A DNA stretch of 64,000 nucleotides from Macrostomum lignano (lineage: Eukaryota), in contig NIVC01003838.1 of NCBI GenBank assembly GCA_002269645.1, positions 10,444-74,443 on the forward strand, written 5' to 3'. The notes below the pieces were generated by a model. The model saw only the letters and a list, made by a program, of their open reading frames with translations. It made no database searches and was not told the DNA's origin. Positions 24,301-35,800 of the stretch are shown piece after piece. The stretch's first letter is position 1, and each line of letters opens with the position of its first letter. A program made the position numbers and the translations under genes.

Positions 24301-27300
24301 AGTAGCGCACCTGCAGGATGCCCATGGTGGAGCGCTCGCCGCAGACCAGCGGCGACTCTCGCCTGCCATCAGTGTCGAACATGACCACAGTGTGAAGGGT
24401 CGAGTTGCCTGCGAAGAGTTGATCGAGTGAAATCTGTTTTGTCACTCCCATGTCACTCTTTTTCATAACTTCCACTGTTACTCCCATGTATTCATTCTTA
24501 GTTACCCTCATTCTGTCACTCCCATCCTGTCACTCCCATTCTGTCACTCCAGTTCTGTCACTTCCATTCTATCACTCCAGTTCTGTCACTGCCATTTTGT
24601 CGCTCCTATTCTGTCATTCTAAATCTGCCAGAGTTCCATTCTGTCACTCCCATTCTGTCACTCCCATTCTGTTACTCCCATTCTGTTACTCTAACTCTGT
24701 CCCTCTCATTCTGCCAGAGTTCCATTCTGTCACTCCCATTCTGTCACTCTCATTCTGACAGAGAGTCCGATTCTGTCACTCCCATTCTGTCACTCTCATT
24801 CTGACAGAGAGTCCGATTCTGTCACTCCGATTCTGTCACTCCGATTCTGTCACTCTCATTCTGACAGAGAGTCCGATTCTGTCACTCCGATTCTGTCACT
24901 CTCATTCTGACAGAGAGTCCGATTCTGTCACTCCCATTCTGTCACTCTCATTCTGACAGAGAGTCCGATTCTGTCACTCCGATTCCGTCACTCTCATTCT
25001 GACAGAGAGTCCGATTCTGTCACTCCCATTCTGTCACTCTCATTCTGACAGAGAGTCCGATTCTGTCACTCCGATTCTGTCACTCTCATTCTGACAGAGA
25101 ATCCGATTCTGTCACTCCGATTCTGTCACTCTCATTCTGACAGAGAGTCCGATTCTGTCACTCCCATTCTGTCACTCTCATTCTGACAGAGAGTCCCATT
25201 CTGTCACTCCCATTCTGTCACTCTCATTCTGACAGAGAGTCCCATTCTGTCACTCTCATTCTGACAGAGAGTCCGATTCTGTCACTCCCATTCTGTCACT
25301 CTCATTCTGACAGAGAGTCCGATTCTGTCACTCCGATTCCGTCACTCTCATTCTGACAGAGAGTCCGATTCTGTCACTCCGATTCCGTCACTCTCATTCT
25401 GACAGAGAGTCCGATTCTGTCACTCCGATTCTGTCACTCTCATTCTGACAGAGAGTCCGATTCTGTCACTCCCATTCTGTCACTCTCATTCTGACAGAGA
25501 GTCCCATTCTGTCACTCCCATTCTGTCACTCTCATTCTGACAGAGAGTCCCATTCTGTCACTCTCATTCTGACAGAGAGTCCGATTCTGTCACTCCCATT
25601 CTGTCACTCTCATTCTGACAGAGAGTCCGATTCTGTCACTCTCATTCTGACAGAGAGTCCGATTCTGTCACTCTCATTCTGACAGAGAGTCCGATTCTGT
25701 CACTCTCATTCTGACAGAGAGTCCGATTCTGTCACTCCGATTCTGTCACTCTCATTCTGACAGAGAGTCCGATTCTGTCACTCCCATTCTGTCACTCTCA
25801 TTCTGACAGAGAGTCCGATTCTGTCACTCCCATTCTGTCACTCTCATTCTGACAGAGAGTACCATTCTGTCACTCTCATTCTGACAGAGAGTCCGATTCT
25901 GTCACTCCCATTCTGTCACTCTCATTCTGACAGAGAGTCCCATTCTGTCACTCTCATTCTGACAGAGAGTCCGATTCTGTCACTCCGATTCTGTCAACTC
26001 TGGAACTCACCGCGGAAGCTGACGCACACCTCGCTAGAGTATTTCTGCCCGTTGAGCACGTTCATCCCCTTGCAGCAGATGGGGTAGTAGAGATTCACGT
26101 GGGTCAGGCTCAGGTTCTGTCCTTTGGTCGCAACCAACTGACTGGTTTGGATAATCCGCCAGGAATAGGTGACCTCCGGCATGCCCACATCCGCCTGGCA
26201 ACTGAGGGTGTCCGAGTTGTCGATGTTGCTGTCATTGGTAACGACTCGACCTGTGGCCGCGTTGATTATACTGACTCGCCTGAGACCGGCTTTGTAGGCC
26301 ACCTGGGTGGGGATTGAGAGTTTTATTGCTTTGGGGAAGTTTCAAAAGTACTGGATTCTTAGAAAGATTTTAGAAAGTGTCAGGAGACTACTGTAAGTGT
26401 CAGGATTCTACATTAGGTGTCAGGAGACTACAGTAGATGTCTGGAGACTAAAGTAGATGTCAGGAGACTGCAGTAGATGTCAGGAGACTATAGTAAGTGT
26501 CAGGAGACTACATTAAGTGTCAGGAGTGTACACAGGTCACCAGAAGACACAGGGGGGTCAGGGATGTCAGGGATGTCAGGGATGTCAGGATGTCAGGGAT
26601 GTCAGGGATGTCAGGGATGTTAGAGATGTCAGGAATGTCAGGGATGTCAGGGATGTCAGGGATGTCAGGGATGTCAGGGATGTCAGGGATGTCAGGGATG
26701 TCAGGGATGTCAGGGATGTCAGGGATGTCAGGGATGTCAGGGATGTCAGGGATGTCAGGGATGTCAGGGATGTCAGGGATGTCAAGGATGTCAGGGATGT
26801 CAGGGATGTCAGGGATGGCAAGGATGTCAGGGATGCTAATGACACACCTTCAACCGTTGGGTCGCGGTCTCCAAAGTGAGCGGATCGTCAGCCCGACACT
26901 CGAACGAGTCGGTGGCATTGTTCGCGTCGGGCTGGTAGGCCAGGTTCTGCCGGACAGTCAGGCTGCTGCCGTCGGCGCTCCAGTCGAATTCGAAGTCGGT
27001 GGGCAGCGAGAGCACCGCGTCACCGTTGCGGAACAGAGTCAGCTGGGCCTGCTGGGGCGCGCTGGGCGACACGACCACCTGGCACGAAACGGTGTTGGCC
27101 TGCGACTTTAAGGGCGCGTCGCTGGCTGAATTCAGCTCGAGGGAAGCCTGCCGGGGTTCGAATTTTTTAGGATTTGTTTAAATGGGGTGCGAATATGACT
27201 TTTATCGGATGCGATAAGCTACAGCATAATATAGTAAGCTACAGCATAACTACAGTAAGCTACAGCATAACTACAGTAAGCTACAGCATAACTACAGTAA

Positions 27301-28253
27301 GCTACAGAATAACTACTACAGTAAGCTACAGCATAACTACAGTAAGCTACAACATAACTACAGTAAGCTACAGCATAACTACAGTAAGCTACAGCATAAC
27401 TACAGTAAGCTACAGCATAACTACAGTAAGCTACAGCATACTACAGTAAGCTACAACATAACTACAGTAAGCTACAGCATAACTACAGTAAGCTACAGCA
27501 TAACTACAGTAAGCTACAACATAACTACAGTAAGCTACAGCATAACTACAGTAAGCTACAGCATAACTACAGTAAGCTACAGCATAACTACTACAGTAAG
27601 CTACAGCATAACTACAGTAAGCTACAGCATAACTACAGTAAGCTACAGCATACTACAGTAAGCTACAGCATAACTACAGTAAGCTACAGCATAACTACAG
27701 TAAGCTACAGGAACGCCGGAAGCCTCACATTAAGCGCTTGACTAGGAGAATAGTTTAAGTCCAGCCAGGCCTCATTGCTCATCAGCTTGGCTCTGGGATC
27801 AATGATCAGCACATTCCACTCGGTGATTGACAGGTTCCTTGCAGCATTGGTGTAGTTCACTGAGCAGGCCAGCACGATTTGAGCCTCGGTGCCGGCGGCC
27901 GGCAGCAGGCGGACGACTCGGCCACGGATGCTGACCAGCGGTGATGAGGCGTTGCTAGGCTGCAGCACGGCAACTGAGTAGCTCACGGAGCGGGCACCGC
28001 GCCACCTGGAGCGGCCGCTGCGGAACGAGCAAACGAAAGCTGCCGAATCGGGCTTCGGGTTGTCATAGTAACCGAACAGTCTCCGACCTTCGGTTGTGTA
28101 GAAAGCCACGGCTGGCGAATGGGGAACGATTCGTTGGGAGAGATTTACCGAGCGGGTCGCGGCGACGGCTACGGCGACAGATTCTTCTGCTCCTAGAAGA
28201 CCAGCGAACAGAAACGCCAGCAAGACGGCGAAGCAACGATAGCGCTGCTGCAT
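20920..28253 (-). CDS. Secreted protein, 820 aa: signal peptide + 2-3 Ig-like domains + Cys-rich SUEL/lectin-like module + ALK/LTK-type glycine-rich domain; exons 28253-27729, 27147-26848, 26302-26011, 24408-24159, 23713-23502, 23413-23142, 21921-21442, 21051-20920
   Basis: Hydrophobic N-terminus (CFAVLLAFLFAGLLGA). Ig-like C...W/F...C patterns (SCQV..LFRNG..FECRA; LSCQA..YSWR..CKGMN). GRD motifs FEVSAAGAAGG, GGRGASARGKFRL, LAIVVGQHGG, GGGGGSFVY, LAAGGGGG, GGFGGGGG, GGGGGYSGG, AGGGGGSF, GSVTI. All junction phases are consistent (2463 nt). Confidence 0.85.
21146..21438. repeat. (ACT)n/(AAT)n microsatellite starting at the GTGAGT donor
   Basis: Direct inspection. Confidence 0.95.
21960..22335. 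repeat. 48-bp minisatellite
   Basis: ctagggatttgccaaggtcgtattccaggaattttccattgtcgtgtc, period 48. Confidence 0.88.
22515..23042. repeat. 40-bp minisatellite taagaataacaggactgaaccagacagagcgggagagaga
   Basis: About 13 copies. Confidence 0.95.
23705..24095. repeat. 34-bp minisatellite containing a splice-acceptor copy
   Basis: Unit ctgacccatctgatcactgacccctatcagatcc. Confidence 0.9.
24440..25995. repeat. 14-bp attctgtcactc(cc/cg) array with higher-order ctcattctgacagagagtccg units
   Basis: Direct inspection. Confidence 0.95.
26368..26836. repeat. 21-bp tgtcaggagactacagtagat array grading into a 9-bp gatgtcagg array
   Basis: Both share the tgtcagg core. Confidence 0.92.
27215..27710. repeat. 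21-bp minisatellite ctacagtaagctacagcataa
   Basis: Direct inspection. Confidence 0.95.
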
Positions 28254-28741
28254 GTTGGATGCAGTCTCGAGTATTGGCAGGTGTGTCTAAAATCTTGAAA
28301 TTTGAGCGTTTATTACAGCCCAAATAGCTGGTTTGGAACAGTAAAATCTTATCTTCTTGCGCAGAATTTCGATGCCAGAAAATTGCCAACCCAATCTGTA
28401 AATTTATAGTGATGACACAAGCAGAAACTCTATATACTGCGCCTACCATTACTAATCTGCGCGTATACATTTAAGGCTAAAAATTCAAACAAATCAGCAT
28501 GATAAGCAGCGCTTTGAAGAAAGTTCAGGAAATTTCTGAATTGAAGAAAGTTATTTGACGTTTGGAAGAGATGCAAGCAAGACTGATAAGATGCCAATTA
28601 ACTGGGCGCAGATGGCTAAGGGGGTGAAGCAATGAAGATTTGTGCGCTCAGCATCTAGATAAGATAGTAAGTTAAAGCCTGTAGGTTTTTGGCCTCTCTA
28701 ACAGCTGAAGATGCACCAAATTTGGGTGTCAGATGGTGCAT

Positions 28742-29061
28742 GGTGTCAGGGTGAATCAATCTGGGTGTCAGGGGGTGAATCAATCTGGGTGTCAGGGGGT
28801 GAATCAATCTGGGTGTCAGGGGGTGAATCAATCTGGGTGTCAGTGGGTGAATCAACCTGGGTGTCAGAGGGTGAATCAATCTGGGTGTCAGAGGGTGAAT
28901 CAATCTGGGTGTCAGAGGGTGAATCAATCTGGGTGTTAGGGTGAATCAATCTGGGTGTTAGGGTGAATCAATCTGGGTGTTAGGGTGAATCAATCTGGGT
29001 GTTAGGGTGAATCAATCTGGGTGTCAGAGGGTGAATCAATCTGGGTGTCAGGGTGAATCAG
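28742..29061. repeat. 23/24-bp minisatellite gggtgaatcaatctgggtgtcag
   Basis: Direct inspection. Confidence 0.93.
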
Positions 29062-30009
29062 TTCTGGCAGACTTTGCTACCGATATGTACATGTAGCGCA
29101 TGAAACTTTGTAAAGGGTATTTAAAATACTTGATATCCGAAAATGTATTAAATAAATTACATTCAAAAATAAGCTTTCGCTTTTCAGGTAATCCAGGTGT
29201 TCCTCTCAAGGTGTCAAAATGTTTTTTGAGTCAACTATCCTTAGATCCGCCGCGGTTTTTAAGTCGCTGCCGTAGGAATTCCGATTGTGTAAACAAAAAG
29301 AAAATTTCCGGATTTTTTTGCTTTAATTTAAATGAGTAGACAGACATGCGGTACTATATATTGAATATTCAGCAAGCCAAAAAAGTTCTTTTTACCTTTG
29401 GAAAGGAAATAAAATTCTGCAATGAGTCACAGTCTCGCCTTGTGTCGCCCTTCTGACCTGCCTAATTGCACCCAGTCCTGACCGTAAAAATTCTTTGTTC
29501 AAATTATTCAATTTTTTGTTAATCAAAGCACAGTCGAGTCATTGGGGGGGGGGTTCGCTTGTCCCATTAGAAATTCGAGAATTGCCGTGAGCCAACCAGT
29601 GAGTTGCCGTGAGTCATGAACTCTACTCTGAAATGCCGAAACTCTCTGCTCAAACACACTCGATCTTCAAAGTCTTCTTTTGTGCTCAATGAAGGTGACT
29701 CAAACCAAATTACGGCTGAGCAATTGTTTCGGAGAGCGTGGGTTGAAGCGTGAGTGAGTGTTAGCTAAGCTCTTCCGCATTCCGGGGTGTTGTTAGTTTT
29801 AAAAATTTTTTATAGAACAAATATACGCCGTCCCTACTGTTAGTAGGAGTGAGTATATAAATTAAAAAGTAAATGTACTCAGCTGTTAATCGAGTTAAAT
29901 ATAGCATTTCCCCCAATCCAATTGAGCCAAGAAGAATGCAATTCAAACAATCAACAGTGCAGCAAAGAGGTTTTACCATAGATAAAGAGTGAATAAATGT
30001 ACATGTTTA

Positions 30010-31358
30010 GCCCCTGTCTCTTGGTTGGCACCCCTGTCTCTTGGTGGGTGGGCGCCCCTGTCTCTTGGTTGGCGCCCCTGTCTCTTGGTTGGCGCCCCTG
30101 TCTCTTGGTGGGTGGGCACCCCTGTCTCTTGGTGGGTGGGCGCCGCTGTCTCTTGGTGGGTGGGCGCCCCTGTCTCTTGGTGGGCGCCCCTGTCTCTTGG
30201 TGGGTGGGCGCCCCTGTCTCTTGGTTGGCGCCCCTGTCTCTTGGTGGGTGGGCGCCCCTGTCTCTTGGTGGGCACCCCTGTCTCTTGGTGGGTGGGCGCC
30301 CCTGTCTCTTGGTTGGCGCCCCTGTCTCTTGGTGGGCGCCCCTGTCTCTTGGTTGGCGCCCCTGTCTCTTGGTGGGCGCCCCTGTCTCTTGGTTGGCGCC
30401 GCTGTCTCTTGGTGGGCGCCCCTGTCTCTTGGTGGGTGGGCGCCCCTGTCTCTTGGTGGGCGCCCCTGTCTCTTGGTGGGTGGGCGCCCCTGTCTCTTGG
30501 TGGGTGGGCGCCCCTGTCTCTTGGTGGGTGGGCGCCCCTGTCTCTTGGTGGGTGGGCGCCCCTGTCTCTTGGTGGGCACCCCTGTCTCTTGGTGGGTGGG
30601 CGCCCCTGTCTCTTGGTTGGCGCCCCTGTCTCTTGGTTGGCGCCCCTGTCTCTTGGTGGGCGCCCCTGTCTCTTGGTGGGCGCCCCTGTCTCTTGGTTGG
30701 CGCCGCTGTCTCTTGGTGGGCGCCCCTGTCTCTTGGTGGGTGGGCGCCCCTGTCTCTTGGTTGGCGCCCCTGTCTCTTGGTGGGTGGGCGCCCCTGTCTC
30801 TTGGTGGGTGGGCACCCTTGTCTCTTGGTGGGCGCCCCTGTCTCTTGGTGGGTGCCCCTGTCTCTTGGTGGGTGGGCGCCCCTGTCTCTTAGTGGGTGGG
30901 CGCCCCTGTCTCTTGGTGGGCGCCCCTGTCTCTTGGTGGGCGCCCCTGTCTCTTGGTGGGCGCCCCTGTCTCTTGGTGGGTGGGCGCCCCTGTCTCTTGG
31001 TGGGTGGGCACCCTTGTCTCTTGGTGGGCGCCCCTGTCTCTTGGTGGGTGCCCCTGTCTCTTGGTGGGTGGGCGCCCCTGTCTCTTAGTGGGTGGGCGCC
31101 CCTGTCTCTTGGTGGGCGCCCCTGTCTCTTGGTGGGCGCCCCTGTCTCTTGGTGGGTGGGCGCCCCTGTCTCTTGGTGGGTGGGCGCCCCTGTCTCTTGG
31201 TGGGCACCCCTGTCTCTTGGTGGGTGGGCGCCCCTGTCTCTTGGTTGGCGCCGCTGTCTCTTGGTGGGTGGGCGCCCCTGTCTCTTGGTGGGTGGGCGCC
31301 CCTGTCTCTTGGTTGGCGCCGCTGTCTCTTGGCGGGTGGGCGCCCCTGTCTCTTGGTG
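30010..31358. repeat. 20/24-bp minisatellite cgcccctgtctcttggtggg(tggg)
   Basis: Generates several 160-456 aa pseudo-ORFs. Confidence 0.97.
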
Positions 31359-32336
31359 ACTGCAGCACCAGAATAAGTGCCTGCTAAACTAAAGACACGA
31401 AATTCGAAACGCTTGTTTCAGCAAAAACTCAAGTATATTTTAGTACTTCTGGGAAGCAAGATAACTTTTAGCTCGCACTTAACCTTAAAACCCAGGATTT
31501 CGCTAATTCCAACGCTACTACATACTTCTCAACGCCAAAGGCTGCGCATGCCCGCCATTCGGTAAGCCATATACATATCTTCGCCTTTCCCACAAAATCG
31601 ACCTAATTCTTAAAATAACTTATGAAAAGTTAAATGCACTCCAACTCCAATAATTCGTTGAATTATAGTTTTATTTGTTTAATTTGTATTGTTGCACAAA
31701 ATGCTTACTGAGCAAATAACTTTTGCTCAGCAATTTGTGTGTACGATTGGCATCATATTATTCAAGCATGTAAAAGGGTGGATCAAGTTATAGATAAAAT
31801 ATATAATAAACAGAACAAGGCAGCAATTAACCAATAGATAGAGAAATTTCATGAAGTTTTTCTTAAGCAGATAAGTTTTAGTTAAGACACAACACAACAA
31901 ATAAACAGTGTTTGGAACTGAATTTTGACTGAGTTATTTATTATTTAATGAGCAATTCCAGCAATTCCAGAAGTTCCAGTATTATGCAAGAGTCTAATAG
32001 TCTTTTAATAATCTCAAGGGAGAGAGATTAAGCAACAATACCAACCCTTCACTAACGTACATACCCCAGTCCAGTTGGAATGTACGAGACATATAAAATC
32101 CACTAGAACAGTGTACAGTCAACTCTTCGACCGATAAAATAGCTTAAACCTCTTTAGTCTTAAATTAGAGTGATAGGAGTTTAAAAAATTGAATCACACT
32201 GTACACAATGATTTAGACTATCAGTGGCAAGCTGAAACTCTCTCCTCAAATGTACACTCTCGGATCCCTGGCCTAATGTACATTGAAGCGGGCACCCGGC
32301 TTGCTCGGGCCTATAAAACCTCTTTTAACTCTTTAA

Positions 32337-32458
32337 GGCGCGTTCACACCGCCATAAAATCACGCGACAGATGTACAAAGCGACGAAGAGAACATTCGTG
32401 TACATAAGCCGTGCGATAACGAAAAATGATCTCAATTTAATGGTGGTGTGAACTAGCC
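32337..32458. mobile_element. 122-bp MITE-like element flanked by TTAA
   Basis: Left ttaa-ggcgcgttcacaccgccataaa versus reverse complement of the right end ttaa-ggctagttcacaccaccattaaa. Confidence 0.6.
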
Positions 32459-32860
32459 TTAAAGAATCTATGTAGGAGTACAAAATCATATAAGAAATGG
32501 AAGTGCAACCTTATCGACTAAATACAGATTTCTAGACTTCTAGCTAAGATTCTAAGAATAAGGATTAATGAGTCAAGAGTTTTGTACAGTACAGTCCCCC
32601 CTCTATCGCAGTAATTTGTACAGCGAGACTTTCTTTATCACTAAAACTTTCTCTCCCCGTTAACTTGCCAAGCTACTAGCTGAAATGTGATCGAATCGGC
32701 CTTTAAAGGCTCGTTCATTCACAGCGTCATCACGTGACCTCACTGACCTGTGTATTAATTTTTGTTTGCTTTATACACGTACGCTGTGATTTGATAGGTC
32801 TAGCTCATCTAATTTTAAACGAAACTATGTTAAACGGATTGTTAAACGAACACTGCAAGG

Positions 32861-35800
32861 TCAGGCAATCAATACCCCATCGGCGTAGCCCTCCCTATCG
32901 ATAGAGACAATCTCTTCCAGCTCTTCTCGTTTAGCCGCAGCCGCCGCCGAGGCCATACTGGCATCAATTCGCTGGCGTAGAAAGCCGCGCCAAAGAGTCT
33001 TCAGCTGAGAATTAGGCGCCTCCAGCAGCACAACCCGTCGACAGCCGACGTTGCCTCCGTCGCCGAAGACAAGTCGGATTAGCAATCGTGAATCGAAGCT
33101 GGCCTCCAGACAGTCGGCCAGACGGAAGACTTCGCCAGCCAATGTTGACGTTATTACTGATGTCGGTGACGGCGAACCAACGGACGTCAAGCAGAGTCGG
33201 TCGGTCAGTAGGACGCCGCGAACTGGCAAGTCGACACCGCCGCTGCCGCTGCTCCGCCAGACCAGCTCGCCGGAGAAGACTACAGCATGCTGCTGGACAG
33301 GGGACAACGACAATGCCGAATGATCACGACGATGATTCGACGAAACTTGCCGGATTGGCGGAGTCGGCGGAGGCGTCGGCAGGCGAACTCGCTCCGGCTC
33401 AGGCAAGAGGCTGGCGCAGTGCTCCAAGGCCTGGGCGACATCTTCAACAAACAGGTGGTCGGCGTCCGCCTCTGGAGTGGCGGCCAGCAGAGCGGAGAAA
33501 TCCGATGCCAGAGTCTTCAGGTGCCGAAGCGGTTTAATTAGACTGGCGTTCAACGAAGGCAGGTCCGGCCGTTCGCGCGCGGCGGCCTCCAAAGCGGCCA
33601 AGAATTCCGGACAGGCGTGCAGGCCGCGGAGGGCGCGCGGACAAGCGTCGGACAGGTGGGCGCCGAAGTCTCGATAGTCGTCGCATAGTTGAAACAGGCG
33701 CGAGCGGAAAACCCGGCCGAGACAGTCGGCAGGGTGAGTTGGATCGATCTGGATCGGAGGGGAGTATGTAGCCTAACTTGAGCACGCCTGAACTACGATG
33801 CGCATATTAAGCGACAGTTGCAATCACTTGTCAGCCTTTAAAATGTCTAGACTAAAGTGTTCTATCTGAAAAGAACGTACGACAAATATTTCGAACTGGA
33901 ACACCGTGCGTGTGACAGGGAAAGTTTTAGTTCAGACGTACGAGCTTAACCTTTTGCGCCGGAGATAGAAATACAAAAGCTCCGTTCCTGCCGACATGGT
34001 CAGCAGGGCTGACCGTAGACTATAGCTAGAATCTTAATGCGCCGCTGTGCAAATCCTTTCTAGCCGAGAAGGGAGCATTCTATACTCGGCTTGGACAAAT
34101 CTAGGGTCGAAAAAAGTGTATTTCACTTAATGTCTCTACATAGATTATGCAGTGTGCACACTCGATATCTAGCAATAGACACTACAGTTCACTTTAAAAG
34201 CTGCAAACAGGCCTTTTTGCAAGAGAAAGTACTACACCTCCTAAATACGAGTAGTGCATCATTTTATTGAAAAGTAAATCAGCTACAACCATGGACATTT
34301 TGCATACATCAGATTCTGACACTGATGATGTCATCACAGAGAATGCTGAAACCGAGTCGCTGCATTCCATTGCAGATATTTTCACCCATTTTTCGTATGA
34401 TCAGCCCTGCTGACCATGCTCGGTAGGAACGGCTAACTGTGCAGCACATAAATTTTCTTTTACCATAGACTCAAAAATTTACCAGCAGTAAATTAAGGCT
34501 GTTGGTTCATGGTCAGCTCTGCTGACCATCCGGCAGCTTAAAGTTAAAGGATGATAGGGATGGCTTAAACTAAAAGATGTGTCGTTCCTTGAAAATTCGA
34601 ACGACGCGTCTTTGTCAGTGACACTTTGAACTGGGACGCATCCTTGTCAGTGACACTTTGAACTGGGACGCATCCTTGTCAGTGACACTTTGAACTTGGA
34701 CGCATCCTTGTCAGTGACACTTTGAACTGGGACGCATCCTTGACAGTGACACTTTGAACTGGGACGCATCCGTGTCAGTGACACTTTGAACTGGGACGCA
34801 TCCTTGACAGTGACACTTTGAACTGGGACGCATCCGTGTCAGTGACACTTTGAACTGGGACGCATCCTTGTCAGTGACACTTTGAACTGGGACGCATCCT
34901 TGTCAGTGACACTTTGAACTTGGACGCATCCTTGTCAGTGACACTTTGAACTGGGACGCATCCTTGACAGTGACACTTTGAACTGGGACGCATCCGTGTC
35001 AGTGACACTTTGAACTGGGATGCACCCTTGACAGTGACAGTGACACTTTGAACTGGGACGCATCCGTGTCAGTGACACTTTGAACTGGGATGCACCCTTG
35101 ACAGTGACAGTGACACTTTGAACTGGGACGCATCCGTGTCAGTGACACTTTGAACTGGGATGCACCCTTGACAGTGACAGTGACACTTTGAACTGGGACG
35201 CATCCGTGTCAGTGACACTTTGAACTGGGACGCATCCTTGACAGTGACACTTTGAACTGGGACGCATCCGTGTCAGTGTCACTTTGAACTGGGACGCATC
35301 CGTGTCAGTGACAGTGACACTTTGAACTGGGACGCATCCGTGTCAGTGACAGTGACACTTTGAACTGGGACGCATCCGTGTCAGTGACACTTTGAACTGG
35401 GACGCATCCTTGACAGTGACACTTTGAACCGGGACGCATCCGTGTCAGTGACACTTTGAACTGGGACGCATCCTTGACAGTGACACTTTGAACTGGGACG
35501 CATCCGTGTCAGTGACAGTGACACTTTGAACTGGGACGCATCCGTGTCAGTGACACTTTGAACTGGGATGCACCCTTGACAGTGACACTTTGAACTGGGA
35601 CGCATCCGTGTCAGTGACAGTGACACTTTGAACTGGGACGCATCTGTGTCAGTGACACTTTGAACTGGGACGCATTCGTGACAGTGGCTGTCAGAACTAG
35701 AGATATTTGACCTATAAAAATACCTTAAGGTTTAGAGCCAAGGAATGTCATAACTTGCGACTTGTCATAATCGCCTGCCTACAAACTGGATACGCTTCCA

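Noticed and set aside
10760-35685. Regular 20-48-bp arrays resembling CRISPR repeats
   Set aside because: The units are contiguous with no unique spacers, there are no cas genes, and the context is eukaryotic.
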